The translations under genes and the position numbers were made by a program. From the human T2T-CHM13v2.0 reference genome, Homo sapiens: 64,000 nucleotides of DNA. The notes beneath the pieces are model-generated. The model searched no databases. It had not been told where the DNA came from and was given only the letters and a program-made list of their open reading frames with translations. The stretch's first letter is position 1; each line of letters starts with the position of its first letter. The DNA is taken from the NCBI RefSeq assembly GCF_009914755.1, contig NC_060938.1, one strand, 5' to 3'. Of the stretch, positions 15,625 to 37,100 are shown piece by piece.

Positions 15625-18600
15625 TGACACATCTCTGAACTCATCAACAAAGTGATGTAACTATTGTCTAGGCTCTGCCTACAGGGGCTTTGTGACATAT
15701 GTCTGCACTGATCACCCAGGTGATGGGACTTCTGTCTAGGTTCTGTCTATGGGTGCATTGTGACATATCTCTACACTGATCACCCAGGTGACGTAACTCT
15801 TGTGTTGGATCTGCCTATGGGGGCATTGTGACATATTTCTGCACTGATCACCCAGGTGATGGGACTGTTGTCTAGGCTCTGTGTATGAAGGCTTTGTGAC
15901 ATATCTCTGCACTGATCACCCAGGTGATGTAAGGCTAGGCTAGGCTCTGCCTACGGGGCATAGTTATATATCACTGCATTCATCACCGAGGTGATGTAAC
16001 TCTTGTCCAGGCTCTGCCTATAGGGGGCCTTGTGACATATCTCTTCACTGATCATGTAGGTAATGTAACTCTTGCTTATGCTCTGGCTGCAGGGCAGAGT
16101 TATTGTCAAATAACTATGCACTGATCACCCAGGTGATGGGACTCTTCTCTAGGCTTTGCCTACTGGGGGCATTGTCACATGTTTCTGCACTGATCACCCA
16201 GGTGACAGACTCTTGTCTTGAATTTGCCTATGGGGGCATTGTGACATATCTCTGCACTGTTAACCGAGGTGATGCAACACTTGTCTAGGCTGTGCCCCCA
16301 GGGGTATTGAGACATATCTCTGCACTGATCTCGAGGTGATCCAAATCTTTCCTGGTGTCTGCCTACTGGGGACATTGTGAAATGTCTCTGCACTGATCTC
16401 CCTGGTGCCGTAAATTTAGTCTGGGCTCCGGCTACATGGCATTGTGACATATCACTGTACTGATCACCCAGGTGATATAACTCTTGTCTAGGCTCTGCCT
16501 ACAGGGTGTTTTGTGACATATCCCTGCAATGATCACCCAGGTGATATACCACTTGTCAAGGCTCTGCCTACAGGGGGCTTTTGACATATCTCTGCGCTGA
16601 TCACCCAGGTGATATAACTCTTCTCTAGGATCTGCCTACAGGGTGCTTTTTGACATATCCCTGCAGTGATCGCCCAAGTGATATACCACTTTCAAGGCTC
16701 TGCCTACAGGGGCATTGCGATGTATCTTTGCACTGATCACCTAGGTCTTGTAACTCTTGTCTAGGCTCTGCCTACAGTGGCATTGTGACATATCCCTGCA
16801 CTGATCACCCAGGTGATGTAACTCTTTTCTAGTCTCTGCCTACAGATGGCGTTGTGACATCACTCTGCACGGATCACCCGGGTTATGTAACTCTTGTCTA
16901 GGATCTACCTAGGGGGCATTGTGACATATCTCTGCACTGATCACCCAGGAGATGTGACTCTTGTCTAAGCTCTGCCTAGAGGGACATTGGGATGTATCTC
17001 AGCACTGATAGCTGAGGTGATGTAAAATTTGTCTAGGCTTTGCCTACAGTGGGATTTATGACATATCTCTGCACTGATCACCCAGGTGATGTAACTCTTG
17101 TCCAGGCTCTGCTTACAGGAGGTATTGTGAGATATCTCTACACTGATCACCCAGGTGATGTAACTCTTGTCTAACCTCTGCCTACAGGGGCATTTTAACA
17201 TATCACTGCACTGATCACCGAGATGATGTAATTCTTGTTTAGGCTTCGCTGACAGGGAGCATTGAGACATATCTCTGCCCTGATCACCCAGGTGATGTAA
17301 CTCTTGTCCAGGCTCTGCTTACAGGAGGTATTGTGAGATATCTCTACACTGATCACCCAGGTGATGTAACTCTTGTCTAACCTCTGCCTACAGGGGCATT
17401 TTAACATATCACTGCACTGATCACCGAGATGATGTAATTCTTGTTTAGGCTTCGCTGACAGGGAGCATTGAGACATATCTCTGCCCTGATCACCCAGGTG
17501 ATGTAACTCTTGTCTAGGCTCCAACTACAGGGGGTATTGTGACATATCTCCGCACTGATCACCCAGGTGATGTGACTTTTGTCAAAGATACGCCTACAGG
17601 GATATTGTGAAATGTCACTGCAATGATCACACAGCTGACGTAACTCTTGCCTAGGCTCTGGCTACAGGGGGCTTGTGACACATCTCTGCACTGATCACCC
17701 AGGTGATGGGACTCTTGTCTAGGCTCTGCCTACAGGGGCCTTGTGACATATCTCGGCTGTGATCACGCAGGTGATGTAACTCTTGTGTATATCTGCCTAC
17801 TGGCGGCATTGTGACATATTTCTGCATTGATCACCCAGGGGATGTAACTCTTTTTTAGGCTCTGCCTACAGAGGCTTTGTGAGACATTTCTGCACTGATC
17901 ACTCAGGAGATGTAACTCTTCTCTAGGCTCCATTTACAGGGATTATTGTGACGTATCTCTGCACTGATCACCCAGGTGATGTAACTGTTTTCTAGGCTCC
18001 ACCTACAGGGGGTGTTGTGAAGTATCTCTGCACAGATCACCCAGGTGATGTAACATTTATCTAGCCTCTGCCTACAGGGGCGTTTTGACATAGCTCTGCA
18101 CAGATCACCTAGGTTATGTAACCCTTGTCCACTCTCTGCCTACAGGGGGCATTGTGAAATATCTCTGCACTGATCACCCAGGTGATGTAAGTCTGATCTA
18201 AGCTCCACCTAAAGGGCATTGTGACAGTTCTCTGCACTGATCACTCAGGTGATGTAACTATTGTCTAGGCTCTGCTTAAAGGGGAGTTGTCACATATCTC
18301 TGCATTGATCACCCAAGTGATGTAACTCTTGTCTAGGCTCTGCTTACAGGGGGTATTGTGACATATCTCAGCACTGATCACCTAAGAGATATAACACTTG
18401 TGTAGGGTCTGCCTGCAGGGGCATTGTGAAATATCCCCGCACTGATCACCCAGGTGATGGGACCCTTCTCTTGGCTCTGCTTACTGGGGGCACTGTCACA
18501 CATGTCTGTACTGATCACCCAGGTGACGGACACTTTTCTTGGATTTGACAATGGAGGCATTGTGGCATATCTCTGCACTGATCACCCAGGTGATGTAACT

Positions 18601-21600
18601 CTGCTCTATGCTCTGCCTAAAGGGGCATTGTGAGAGATGTCTGCACTGATCACTCAGGTCATGTAACTATTGTCTAGGTTCTGCTTAAAGGGGCCTTGTC
18701 ACATATCTCTGCACTGATCACCTAAGTGATGTAAGACTTGTGTAGGCTCTGCCTACAGGGACATTTTGACATATCTCTGCACTGTTAACCTAGGTGATGT
18801 AACTCTTGTGTAGTCTGTGCCCGCAGGGGTATTGAGACATATCTCTGCACTGATCCCGAGGTGACCCCACTCTTGCCTGGTCTCTGCCTACTGGGGACAT
18901 TGTGACATATCTCTCCACTGATCTCCCAGGTGCTTTAACTTTAGTCTAGGCTCTGGCTACACGGCATTATGATATTTCACTGTACTGATCACCTAGGTGA
19001 TATAACTCTTGTCTATGATCTGCCTACAGGGTTCTTGTGACATATCTCTGCACTGATCACCCAGGTGATGTAACTCTTTTCTAGGATCTGCCTACAGGGG
19101 GCTTTGTGACATATCCCTGCAATGATCACCCAGGTGATGTACCACTTGTCAAGGCTCTGCCTACAGGGACATTGTGATGTACCTCTGCACTGATCTCCTA
19201 GGTCATATAACTCTTGTCTAGGCTCTGCCTACAGTGGCACTGTGACATATCTCTGCTCTGATCATCCAAGTGATGTAACTCTTGTCAAGGGTCTGCCTAA
19301 AGGGACTTTGTGACATAACTCTGCACTGATCATCCAGGTCATGGGGCTTTTGTCTAGGCTCTGCCGAAGGGGGCATTGTGGCATATTTCTGCACTAATCA
19401 CCCAGGTGATGTAACTGTTGTATAAGGTCTGCCTTCAGGGGAACTGTGAGAGATCTCACCACTGAACACCAAAGTGATGTAACTATTGTCTAGGCTTTGC
19501 CTACAGGGGGCTTTGTGACATACCTTTGCATTGATCACCCAGGTGATGAAACACATCTCAGTTCTGCATACAGGAGCTTTGTGACATACCTCTGCACTGA
19601 TCACTTAGGTGATGTAACACTTTTATAAGCACTGCCTACAGGGAATTTTGACAAATCTCTGCACTGATCACCTAGGTGATGTAACTCTTGTCTGCCCTCT
19701 GCCCAAAGGCGGCATTGTGAAATATCTCTTCACTGATCATCCAGGTGATTCAACTCTAGTCTACGATCTGCCTTCAGGCGGTATTGTGAAATATCTCTGC
19801 AATGATCAACTAGGTGATGTAACTAGTGTCTAGGCTCTGCCTAGAGTGGCGTTTTCACATATCCCTGAGCTGATGACAAAGGTGATGTAACTCTTGCCTA
19901 GGCTTTGCCTACAGGGGATATTGCGACATATCTCTGCCCTGATCACCCAGGTGATTCAACTCTTGCCTAGGCTTTGCCTACAGGGGACATTGTGACATAT
20001 CTCTGCACTGATCACCCATGTGATGCAACTCTTCTCTATGCTCTGCCTACAGGGGGCATTGTAACATACCTCTGCACTGATCACTCAGGTTATGTTACTC
20101 TTTTCTACTCTCTGTCTACAGAGGGTTTTGTGACATCACTCTGCACGGATCACCCGGGTTATGTAACTCTTGTCTAGGCTCTGACTACGGGTGCATTGTG
20201 ACTTATTTCTACACTGATCACCCAGGAGATGTGACTCTTGTCTATGCTCTGCCTAGAGGGACATTGGGACATATCTCTGCAATGATCGCTGAGGTGATGT
20301 AAAACTTGCCTGGGCTTTGCCTACAGTGGGATTTATGACATATCACTGCACTGATCACCCAGGTGATGTAACTCTTGTCTAGGCTCTGCTTAATAGGAGG
20401 AATTGTAAAATATCTCTGCACTGATACCCCAGGTGATGTAACACTTGTGTAGGCTCTGCATACAGGGGCATTTTAACATATCACTGCACTGATCACCGAG
20501 GTGAAGTAACTCTTGTATAGGCTTCGCCGACAGGAGGCATTGACACATAACTCTGCTCTGATCACCGAGGTGATGCAACTCTTGTCTGGGATCTGCTTAC
20601 ACGGGTCATTATGATATATCTCTGTCCTGATGACCGAGGTGATGTAACTCTTGTCTAGGCTCTCCCTACTGGAGACATTGTGACATATCTATCTCCACAT
20701 CGATCACCCAGGTGATGTCACTTTTCTCAAGGATATGGCTACAGGGACATTGTGACATGTCACTGCACTGATCACACAGCTGATGTAACACTTGTCTAGG
20801 CTCTGGCTACAGGGGGCTTGTGACACCTCTCTGCACTGATCACCCAGGTGATGTAACGCTTGTCTAGGCTCTGCCAAAATGGGGCATTGTGACATAGCTC
20901 TGCACTGATCACCCAGGTGATGGGACTATTTTCTAGGCTCTGCCAACAGGGACATTGTGACATATCTCTGCAGTGATCACGCAGGTGATGTAACTCTTGT
21001 CTATATCTGCCTACTGGCGGCATTGTGGCATATATCTGCACTGATCACCCAGGTGATGGACTCTTGTCTTGGACCTGCCTATGGGGGCATAGTGACAAAT
21101 ATCTGCACTGATCACTCATGTGATGTAACGCATGTCTAAGCTGCGCCTAAAGGGGAATTGTGACAGATCTCTCCACTGATCACCCAGGTGATGTAACAAT
21201 TTTCTGGGATTGGTCTACAGGCGGCTTTTTGACATAACTTTGCACTGATCACCCAAGAGATGTAACCCTTGTCTAGGCTCGGCCTACAGTGTCATTGTGA
21301 CATATTTCTGCACTGATTATTTAGGAGATATAACTCTTGTTTAGACTCTGCCTACAGGGGCTTTGTGACATGTTTCTGTACTGATCACACACGTGATGTA
21401 AGTCTTGTCTAGGTTCCACCTACAGGGGTTATTGTGACGTATGTCTGCACTGATCACCCAGGTGATGTAACTCTTGTCTAGGCTCCACCTACAGGGTGTA
21501 TTGTGACGTATCTCTGCACTGATCACCCAGGTGATGTAAGATTTATCTATGCTCTGCCTGCAGGGCGTATTGACATAGCTCTGCACAGATCACGTAGGTT

Positions 21601-22920
21601 ATGTAACTCTTGTCCACTCTCTGCCTACAGGGGGCATTGTGAGATATCTCTGCACTGGTCATCCAGCTGATGGGACTCTTCTCTATATGCTGCCTAGAGG
21701 GGTATTTGTGTCATATCTCTGCACTGATCACCCAGGTGATGGAAGTCTTTTCTAGGCTCTGTCTATTGAGGCATTGTATCAAATATCTGCACTGATCACC
21801 CAGGTGATGTAACCCTTGTCTAGGCTCTGTCTACAGGGATTTGTGTGACATATCACTGCACTGATCACCTAGGTGATGTAAGCCTTGTATGGGCTTTGCC
21901 TACAGAAGGCTTTGTGACATGTCTATGCACTGATCTCTGAGGTGATGCAACTCTTGTCTAGGCACTGCCTAAAGGGGACATTGGTACGTATCTCTGCACT
22001 AATCACCCAGGTGATGGGTCTTGTCTTAGATCTGCCTACATGGACATTGTGACACATCTCTGAACTGATCAACCAAGTGATGAAACGCTTGTCAAGGCTC
22101 TGCCTACAGGGTCTTTGTGACACATCTCTGCACTGATCACCCTGGGGAGGGAACTCTTGTCTACGCTCTGCCTACAGGAGGCTTTATGACTTATACCTGC
22201 ACTGATAACCTAGGTGATGTAACACTTGTCTAGGCTCTGCCTACACGGGAATTCTCACATATCTCTGCACTGATCACCCGGGTGATGTAACTCCTGTCTA
22301 GGTTCAGCCTACAGGAGCATTTTGACATATCTCTGCACTGATCACCCAGGTGATGTAACCCTTGCTTAAGCTCTGCCTACAGGGGCATTGTGACAGATCT
22401 CTCCACTGCTCACCCAGGTGATGTAACAATTGTCTTTGCTTTGCCTACAGGGGGCTTTTTGATATACATTTCCACTGATCCAACAGGTGATGTAAACCTT
22501 ATGAAGGTTCTGCTTACAGGGGCTTCGTGTCATATCACTGTACTAATCACAACAGGGAGGAAACATTTGTCTACTTTCTGCCCACATGAGGCTTTACGAG
22601 TTATCCCTGCACTGATCTCTAGGTGATGCAACACTTGTCTAGGCTCTGTCAATATGGGAATTTTCACATATCTCTACACTGATCACCTAAATGATGTAAC
22701 CCTTGTCTAGGTTCAGCCTACTGGGGATTTTTGACATACCTATGCACTGATCACTTTGGTGATGTAAATAATTTCCAGGCTTTTTGTACAGGGGACATTG
22801 TGATATATCTCTGCACTGATCACCCAAAAGATGCAAATCTTCTCTAGGCTCCGCTGGGAGGGGGCATTGTGACATGTTTCTGAACTGATCATCCAGGAGA
22901 TGTAACTATTCTCCAGGCTT
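15625..22920 (-). repeat. Beta-satellite array C (inverted)
   Basis: Reverse-complement 68-bp monomers. Confidence 0.97.
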
Positions 22921-25700
<2,780 letters not shown>

Positions 25701-28700
25701 ATGACACATCTCTGAACTGATCAACAAAGTGATGTAACCCTTGTCTACGCTCTGCCTACAGTGGCTGTGTGACATATCTCAGCACTGATCACCCAGGTGA
25801 TGGGACTTTTGCCTAGGCTCTGCCTATGGGGGCATTGTGACATATCTCTACACTAATCACCCAGGTGATGCAACTCTTGTGTTGCATCTGCCTTTGGGGG
25901 CATTGTGAGATATTTCTGCACTGATCACCCAGGTGATGTGACACTTGTCTAGGCTCTGTGTATGGGGGCTTTGTGACATATCTCTGCACTGATCACCCAG
26001 GTGATGTAATGCTTGACTAGGCTCTGCCTACGGGGCATAGTGACATATCACTGCATTGATCACCGAGGTGATGTAACTCTTGTCCAGACTCTGCCTATAG
26101 GGGACATTGTGACATATCTCTGCACTGATCATCTAGGTGATGTACTCTTGCTTACGCTCTGCCTGCAGGGGCATTGTGAAATATCTATGCAATGATAACC
26201 CAGGTGATGGGACTCTACTCTAGACTCTGTCTACTGGGGGCATTGTCACATAATTCTACACTGATCACCCAGGTGACGGACTCTTGACTTGGATTTGCCT
26301 ATGGGGGCATTGTGACATATCTCTGCGCTGATCACCCAGGTGAAGTAACACTGGTCTAAGCTCTGCGTAAAGGCGCATTGTGACAGATCTCTGCACTGAG
26401 CACTCAGGTGATGTAACTATTGTCTAGTCTCTGCTTAAAGGGGCCTTGTCACATGTCTCTGCACTGATTACCCATGTGATGTAACTATTCTCTAGGCTCT
26501 GCTTACAGGGGGTATTGTGACATATCCCTGCACTGATAACCTCAGTGATGTAACACTTGTGTACACTCTGCCTACAGGGGCATTTTGACATATCTCTGCA
26601 CTGTTAACCAAGGTGATGCAACACTTGTCTAGGCTGTGCCCACAGGGGGATTGAGACATATCTCTGCATTGATCCTGAGGTGATCCAACTCTTGCCTGGT
26701 CTCTGCATATTGGGGACATTGTGACATATCTCTGCACTGATATCCCAGGTGCTGTAACTTTAGTCTAGGCTCTGGCTACACAACTTTGTAACATATCTCT
26801 TCACTGATCACCCAGGTGATATAATTCTTCTCTAGGATCTGCCTACAGGGGGCTTTGTGACATATCCCTGAAATGATCACCCAGGTGATATAACACTTGT
26901 CAAGGCTCTCCCTATAGGGGCATTGCAATGCATCTCTGCACTGATCACCTAGGTCATGTAACTCTTGTCTAGGCTCTGCCTACAGTGGTAATGTGACATA
27001 TCTCTGCACTGGTCACCCAGGTGATGTAACTCTTTTCTACGATCTGAATACAGGGTGCATTGTGACATATCCCCGCAATGATCACCAGGTGATGTACCAC
27101 TTGTCAAGGCTCTGGCTACAGGGACATTGCAATGTATCTCTGCACTGATTACTTAGGTCATGTAACTCTTGTCTAGGCTCTGCCTATGGTGGCATTGTGA
27201 CATATCTCTGCACTGATCATCCAAGTGATGTAACTCTTGTCTAGGATCTGCCTAAAGGGACTTTGTGACATAACTCTGCACTGATCATCCAGATGATGGG
27301 GCTTTTATCTAGGCTCTGCATAAGGGGGCATTGTGACATATTTCTGCACTGATCACCCAGGTGACAGACTCTTGTCTTGGATCTCCCTACGGGGGCATTG
27401 CGACATATCTCTGTACTGATCACCCAGGTGATGTAACTGTTGTATAAGCTCTGCCTACAGGGGAATTGTGAGAGATCTCGCCACTGATCACACAAGTGAT
27501 GTAACTATTTTCTAGGCTTTGACTACAAGGGGCTTTGTGACATACCTTTGCACTGATCACCCAGGTGATGTAAGTCATCTAAGTTCTGTCTACAGGAGCT
27601 TTGTGACATATATCTGCACTGATCACTTAGGTGATGTGACACTTTCATAAGCACTGCCTACAGGGAATTTTGACAAATCTCTGCACTGATCACCTAAGTG
27701 ATGTAACTCTTGTCTACCCTCTGCCCAAAGGGGGCATTGTGAAATATATCTGCCCTGATCACCCAGGTGATTCAACTCTTGGCTAGGATCTGCCTACAGG
27801 GGGTATTGTGAAATACCTCTGCACTGATCAACTAGGTGATATAACTCCTGTCTCTGCTCTGCCTACAGGGGCGTTTTCACATATCCCTGAACTAATGACA
27901 AAGTTGATATAACTCTAGCCTAGGCTTTGCCTCTAGGGGACATTGTGACATATCTCTGCACTGAACACCAAGGTGATGCAACTCTTCTCTATTCTCTGCC
28001 TACAGCGGACATTGTGACATATCTCTGCACTGATCACCCAGGTGATGCAATTCTTCTATATGCTTTGCCTACAGGGGGTATTGTGACATATCTCTGTACT
28101 GATCACCCAGGTGTTGTAACTCTTTCCGTGTCTCTGCCTACAGATGGCGTTGTGACATCACTCTGTAGGGATCACCCGGTTTTTTCAACTCTTGTCTAGG
28201 CTCTGCCTACGTGAGCATTTTCACATATCACTGCACTGATCACCGAGATGATGTATCTCTTGTATAGGCTTCGCCAACAGGGGGCATTGAGACATATCTC
28301 TGCACTGATCCCCGAGGTGATGCAACTCTTGTCTGGGATCTGCTTACAGGGGGCATTGTGACATATCTCTGCCCTGATCACCCAGGTGATGTAACTCTTG
28401 TCTAGGCTCTGCCTAGAGGGGGATTTGTGACATATCTCTGCACTGATCACCGAGGTGATGGAAGTCTTGTCTAGGCTCTGTCTATTGGGGCATTGTGTCA
28501 AATATCTGCACTGATTACCCAGGTGATGTAACTCTTTTCTAGGCTCTGTCTAGAGGGATTTTTGTGACATATCACAGCAATGATCACCTAGGTGATGTAA
28601 GCCTTTTATGGGCTTTGCCTACAGAAGGCTTTGTGATATATCTCTGCACTGATCTCTGAGGTGATGCAACTCTTGTCTAGGCACTGCCTACAGGGGACAT

Positions 28701-31325
28701 TGGTACATATCTCTGCACAGATCACACAGGTGATGGACTCTTGTCTTAGATCTGCCTACATGGACATTGTGACACATCTCTGAACTGATCAACCAAGTGA
28801 TGAAACTCTTGTCTAGGCTCTGCGTACAGGGGCTTTGTGACACACCTCTGCACTGATCACCCTGGGGAGGGAACTCTTGTGTATGCTCTGCCTACAGGAG
28901 GTTTTATGACTTATACCTGCACTGATAACCTAGGTGATGTAACACTTATCTAGGCTCCGCCTACACGGGATTTCTCACATATCTCTGCACTGATCACGCA
29001 GGTGAGGGACTCTTGTCTTGGATCTGCCTATGGGGGCATTGTGACGTATTTCTGCACTGATTACCCAGGTGATGTAACTGTTGTATAAGCTCTGCCTACA
29101 GGGGAATTGTGACATATCTCGCCACTGATAACTCACGTGATGTAACTATTGTCTAGGCTTTGCCTACTGTGGGCTTTGTGACATACCTTTGCACTGATCA
29201 GCAAGGTGATGTATCTCATCTAATTCTGCCTACAGGAGGTTTGTGACATATCTCTGCACTGATCACTTAGGTGATGTAACACTTTTATAAGCACTGCCTG
29301 CAGGGAGTTTTGACAAATCTGGGCACTACTCTTTTCTACCCTCTGCCCAAAGGGGACATTGTGAAATATCCCTGCACTGATCACCCAGGTGATTCCATTC
29401 TTGTCTAGGATTTGCCTACAGGGGGCTTTTTGAAATATCTGCACAGATTCACTAGGTGATGTAACTAGTGTTTATGCTCTGCCTACATGGGCGTTTTCAC
29501 ATATTCCTGAACTGATGACAATGGTTATGTAACTCTTGCCTAGGCTTTGTCTACAGGGGACATTGTGACATATCTCTGCAGTGATCACGCAGGTGATGAA
29601 ACTCTTGTCTATATCTGCCTACTGTCGGCATTGTGGCATATTTCTGCACTGATCACCCAAGTTATGGACTCTTGTCTTGGATCTGCCTATGGGGGCATAG
29701 TGACATATATCTGTACTGATCACTCATGAGATGTAACGCTTGTCTAAACTGTGCCTAAAGGAGGATTGTGACAGATATCTCCACTGATCACCCAGGTGAT
29801 GTAACAATTTTCTGGGATTTGTCTACAGGGGGCTTTGTGACATATCTTTGCACTGATCACCCAGGTGATGTAAACCTTGTCTAGGCTCGGCCTACAGGGG
29901 CTTTGTGACATATTTCTGTACTGATCACCCAGGTGATATAACTCTTGTCTAGGCTCCACCTACAGGGGCTATTGTGACGTATCTCTGCACTGATCACCCA
30001 GGTGATGTAACATTTTCCTAGGCCCTGCCTACAGGGGCGTTTTGACATAGCTCTGCACAGATCACCTAAGTTATGTAACTCTTGTCCACTCTCTGCCTAC
30101 AGGGGGCATTGTGAAATATCTCTGCACTGATAACCCAGGTGATGGGACTCTTCTCTATACTTTGCCTGGAGGGGGATTTGTGACATATCTCTGCACTGAT
30201 CACCCAGGTGATGGAAGTCTTGTCTCGGCTCTGTCTACAGGGATTTGTGTGACATATCACTGCACTGATCACCTAGGTGATGTAAGCCTTGTGTGGGTTT
30301 GCCTACAGAAGGCTTTGTGACATATCTATGCTCTAATCTCTGAGGTGATGCAACTCTTGTCTAGGCACTGCCTACAGGGGACATTGGTACATATCTCTGC
30401 ACTGATCACCCAGGTGATGGACTCTTTTCTTAGATCTGCCTACATGCACATTGTGACACATCTCTGCACTGATCAACCAAGTGATGAAACTCTTGTCTAG
30501 GCTCTGCCTACAGGGGCTTTGTGACACTTCTCTGCACTGATCACCCTGGGGAGGGATCTCTTGTCTACGCTCTGCCTACAGGAGGCTTTATGACTTATAC
30601 CAGCACTGATAACCTAGGTGATGTAACACATGTCTAGACTCTGCCTACAAGGGAATTCTCACATATCTCTGCACTGATCACCCGGGTGATGTAACTCCTG
30701 TCTAGGTTCAGCCTACAGGAGCGTTTTGACATATCTTCTCACTGATCACCCAGGTGATGTAACCCTTGTCTAAACTCTGCCTACAGGGGCATTGTGACAG
30801 ATCTCTCCACTGCTCACACACGTGATGTAACTATTGTTTGGGCTTTGCCTACAGGGGGCTTTTTGATATACATTTCCACTGATCAAACATGTGATGTAAC
30901 CCTTGTCAAGGTTCTGCTTACAGGGGCTTTGTGACATATCTCTACACTGATCACCCCAGGGAGGATACACTTGTCTACACTCTGCCTACAGGAGGCTTTA
31001 CGTCTTATCCCTGCACTGATCACTAGGTGATGGAACACTTGTCTAGGCTCTGTCTACACGGGAATTTTCACTTATCTGTACACTGATCCCCTAAGTGATG
31101 TAACCCTTGTCTAGTTTCAGCCTACTGGGCATTTCTGACATACCTATGCACTGATCACTGAGGTGATGTAAATCATTTCCAGGCTTTTTGTACAGGGAAC
31201 GTTGTGATATATCTCTGCACTGATCACCCAAATGATGCAAATCTTCTCTAGGCTCCTCAGGGAGGGGGCATTGTGACACATTTCTGAACTCAGCATCCAG
31301 GAGATGTAACTATTCTCCAGGCTTT
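25701..31325 (-). repeat. Beta-satellite array D (inverted)
   Basis: Reverse-complement 68-bp monomers. Confidence 0.97.
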
Positions 31326-34100
<2,775 letters not shown>

Positions 34101-37100
34101 TGAAAAATCTCTGAACGGATCAACAAAGTGATGTAACTCTTGTCTTGGCTCTGCCTACAGGGGCTTTGTGACATATCTCTGCACTGATCACCCAGGTGAT
34201 GGGACTCTTGTCTAGGCTCTGCCTACAGGGGCATTGTGACATATCTCTGCAGTGATCACGCAGGTGATGAAACTCTTGTTTATACCTGCCTACTGGCGGC
34301 ATTGTGGCATATTTCTGCACTGATCACCCAGGTGATGGAACTCTTCTCTATACTCTGCCTAGAGGGGTATTTGTGACATATCTCCGCACTGATCACCCAG
34401 GTGATGTAACTCTTGTCTAGGCTCTGCCTACAGGGGCTTTGTGACATATCTCTGCATTGATCACCCAGGTGATGTAACACTTTTCTAGGATCTGCCTAAA
34501 GGGACTTTGTGACATAAATCTGCACTGATCATCCAGGTGATGGGGCTTTTGTCTAGGCTCTGCCTAAGGGGGCATTATGACATATTTCTGCACTGATTAC
34601 CCAGGTGACGGACTCTTGTCTTGGATCTGCCTATGGGTGCGTTTAGACATTTCTCTGCACTGATCACCAAGGTGATGTAACTATTGCATAAACTCTGCCT
34701 ACAGGGGAATTGTGAGAGATCTCGCCACTGATCACCGAAGTGATGTAACTATTGTCTAGGCTATGCCAACAGGGGCCTTTTTGACATACCTTTGCACTGA
34801 TCACCAGGTGATGTAACTCATCTAAGTTCTGCCTACAGGAGCTTTGTGACATACCTCTGCACTGATCACTTAGGTGATGTAACACTTTTATAATCACTGC
34901 CTATAGTGTATTTTGACAAATCTCTGCACTGATCTCCTAGGTGATGTAACTCTGGTCTAGGATCTGCCTACAGGGGGCATTTTGAAATATCTCTTCCCTG
35001 ATCACCCAGGTGATTCAACTCTTGTCTAGGATCAGCCTACAGGTGGTATTGTGAAATATCTCTGCAATGATCAACAAGGTGGTGTAACTCTAATCTATGC
35101 TCTGCCTACAGGGGCGTTTTCACATATCCGTGAACTGAAGACAAAGGTGATGTAACTCTTGTCTAGGCTTTGCCTACAGGGAACAATGTGACATATATCT
35201 GCACTGATCACCCAGGTGATGCAACTCTTGCCTTGGCTTTGCTACAGGGGACATTGTGACGTATCTCTGCACTGATCACCCAGGTGATGAAACTCTTGTC
35301 TATGCTCTGTCTACAGGGAACATTGTGACATATCTCTGCACTGATCACTTATGTGATGCAACTACTCTATGCTCTGCCTACAGGGGGCATTTTGACATAT
35401 CTCTGCACTGATCACCCAGGTGATGTAACTCTTTTCTAGTCTCTGCCTACAGAGGGCGGTGTGACATCACTCTGCACGGATCACCCGGATTATGTAACTC
35501 TTGTCTAGGCTCTGCCTACAGAGGGCGTTGTGACATCACTCTGCACGGATCACCCGGATTATGTAACTCTTGTCTAGGCTCTGCCTACGGGCACATTGTC
35601 ACTTATCGCTGCACTGATCACCGAGATGATGTTACTCTTGTATAGGCTTCGCCGACATGGGGAATTGAGACATATCTCTGCACTGATCACCGAGGTGATG
35701 CATCTCTTGTCTGGGATCTGCTTACAGGGGGCATTGTGACATATCTCTGCCCTGATCGCCTAGGTGATGTAACTCTTGTCTAGGCTCTGGCTAGAGGGGG
35801 ATTTGTGACATGTCTCTGCACTGATCACCCACGTGATGGAAGTCGTCTATAGGCTCTGTCTATTGGGGCATTGTGTCAAATATCTGCACTGATCACCCAG
35901 GTGATGTAACTCTTTTCTGGGCTCTGTCTACAGGGATTTTTGTGACATATCACAGCACTGATCACCTAGGTGATGTAAGTCTTGTATGGGCTTTGCCTAC
36001 AGAAGGCTTTGTGACATATCTCTGCACTGATCTCTGAGGTGATGCAACTCTTGTCTAGGCACTGCCTACAGGGGACATTGGTACATATCTCTGCACTGAT
36101 CACCCAGGTGATGGAATCTTGTCTTTGATCGGCCCAGATGGACATTGTGACACATCTCTGAACTGATCAATAAAGTGATGAAACTCTTGTCTAGGATCTG
36201 CCTAAAGGGGCTTTGTGACACGTCTCTGCACTGATCACCCTGGGGAGGGAACTCTTGTCTATGCTCTGCCTACAGGAGGTTTTATGACTTATACCTGCAC
36301 TGATAACCTAGGTGATGTAACACTTGTCTAGGCTCTGCCTACACGGGAATTATCACATATCTCTGCACTGATCACCCAGCTGACGGACTCTTGTCTTGGA
36401 TCTGCCTATGGGGGCATTGTGACATATCTCTGCACTGATCACCCAGGTGATGGAACACTTTTGTACTCTCTGCCTACAGAGGGCGTTTTGACATCACTCT
36501 GCACGGAACACCCGGGTTATGTAACTCTTGTCTACGCTCTGCCTACGGGGGCATTGTGACTTATCTCTGCACTTATCACCCTGGAGATGTGAGTCTTGTC
36601 TAAGCTCTGCCTAGAGGGACATTGGGACATATCTCTGCAGTGATCGCTGAGGTGATGTAAAAATTGTCTATTTTTTGCCTACAGTGGGATTTATGACATA
36701 TCTCTGCACCGATCACCCAGGTGATATAACTCTTGTCTAGGCTCTGCTTATACGGGGTTTTGTGAGATATCTCTGCACTGATCATTCATGTGATGTAACT
36801 CTTTTCTAGGCTCTGCCTGCATGGGCATTTTAACATATCACTGCACTGATCACCGAGATGATGTAACTCTTGTATTGGCTTTGCTGACAGGGGGCATTGA
36901 GAGATATCTCTGCACTGATCACTTAGGTGATGCAACTCTTGTCTGGGATCTGCTTACAGGGGGCATTGTGACATATCTCTGCCCTGATCACCCAGGTGAT
37001 GTAACTCTTGTCTAGGCTCTGCCTGCTGGAGACATTGTGACATATCTCTGCACTGATCACCCAGGTGATGTCACTATTATCAAAGATATGGCTACAGGGA

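Noticed and set aside
36169-36174. AATAAA on the + strand in array E
   Set aside because: It is antisense to the local DUX units and has no + strand promoter nearby.
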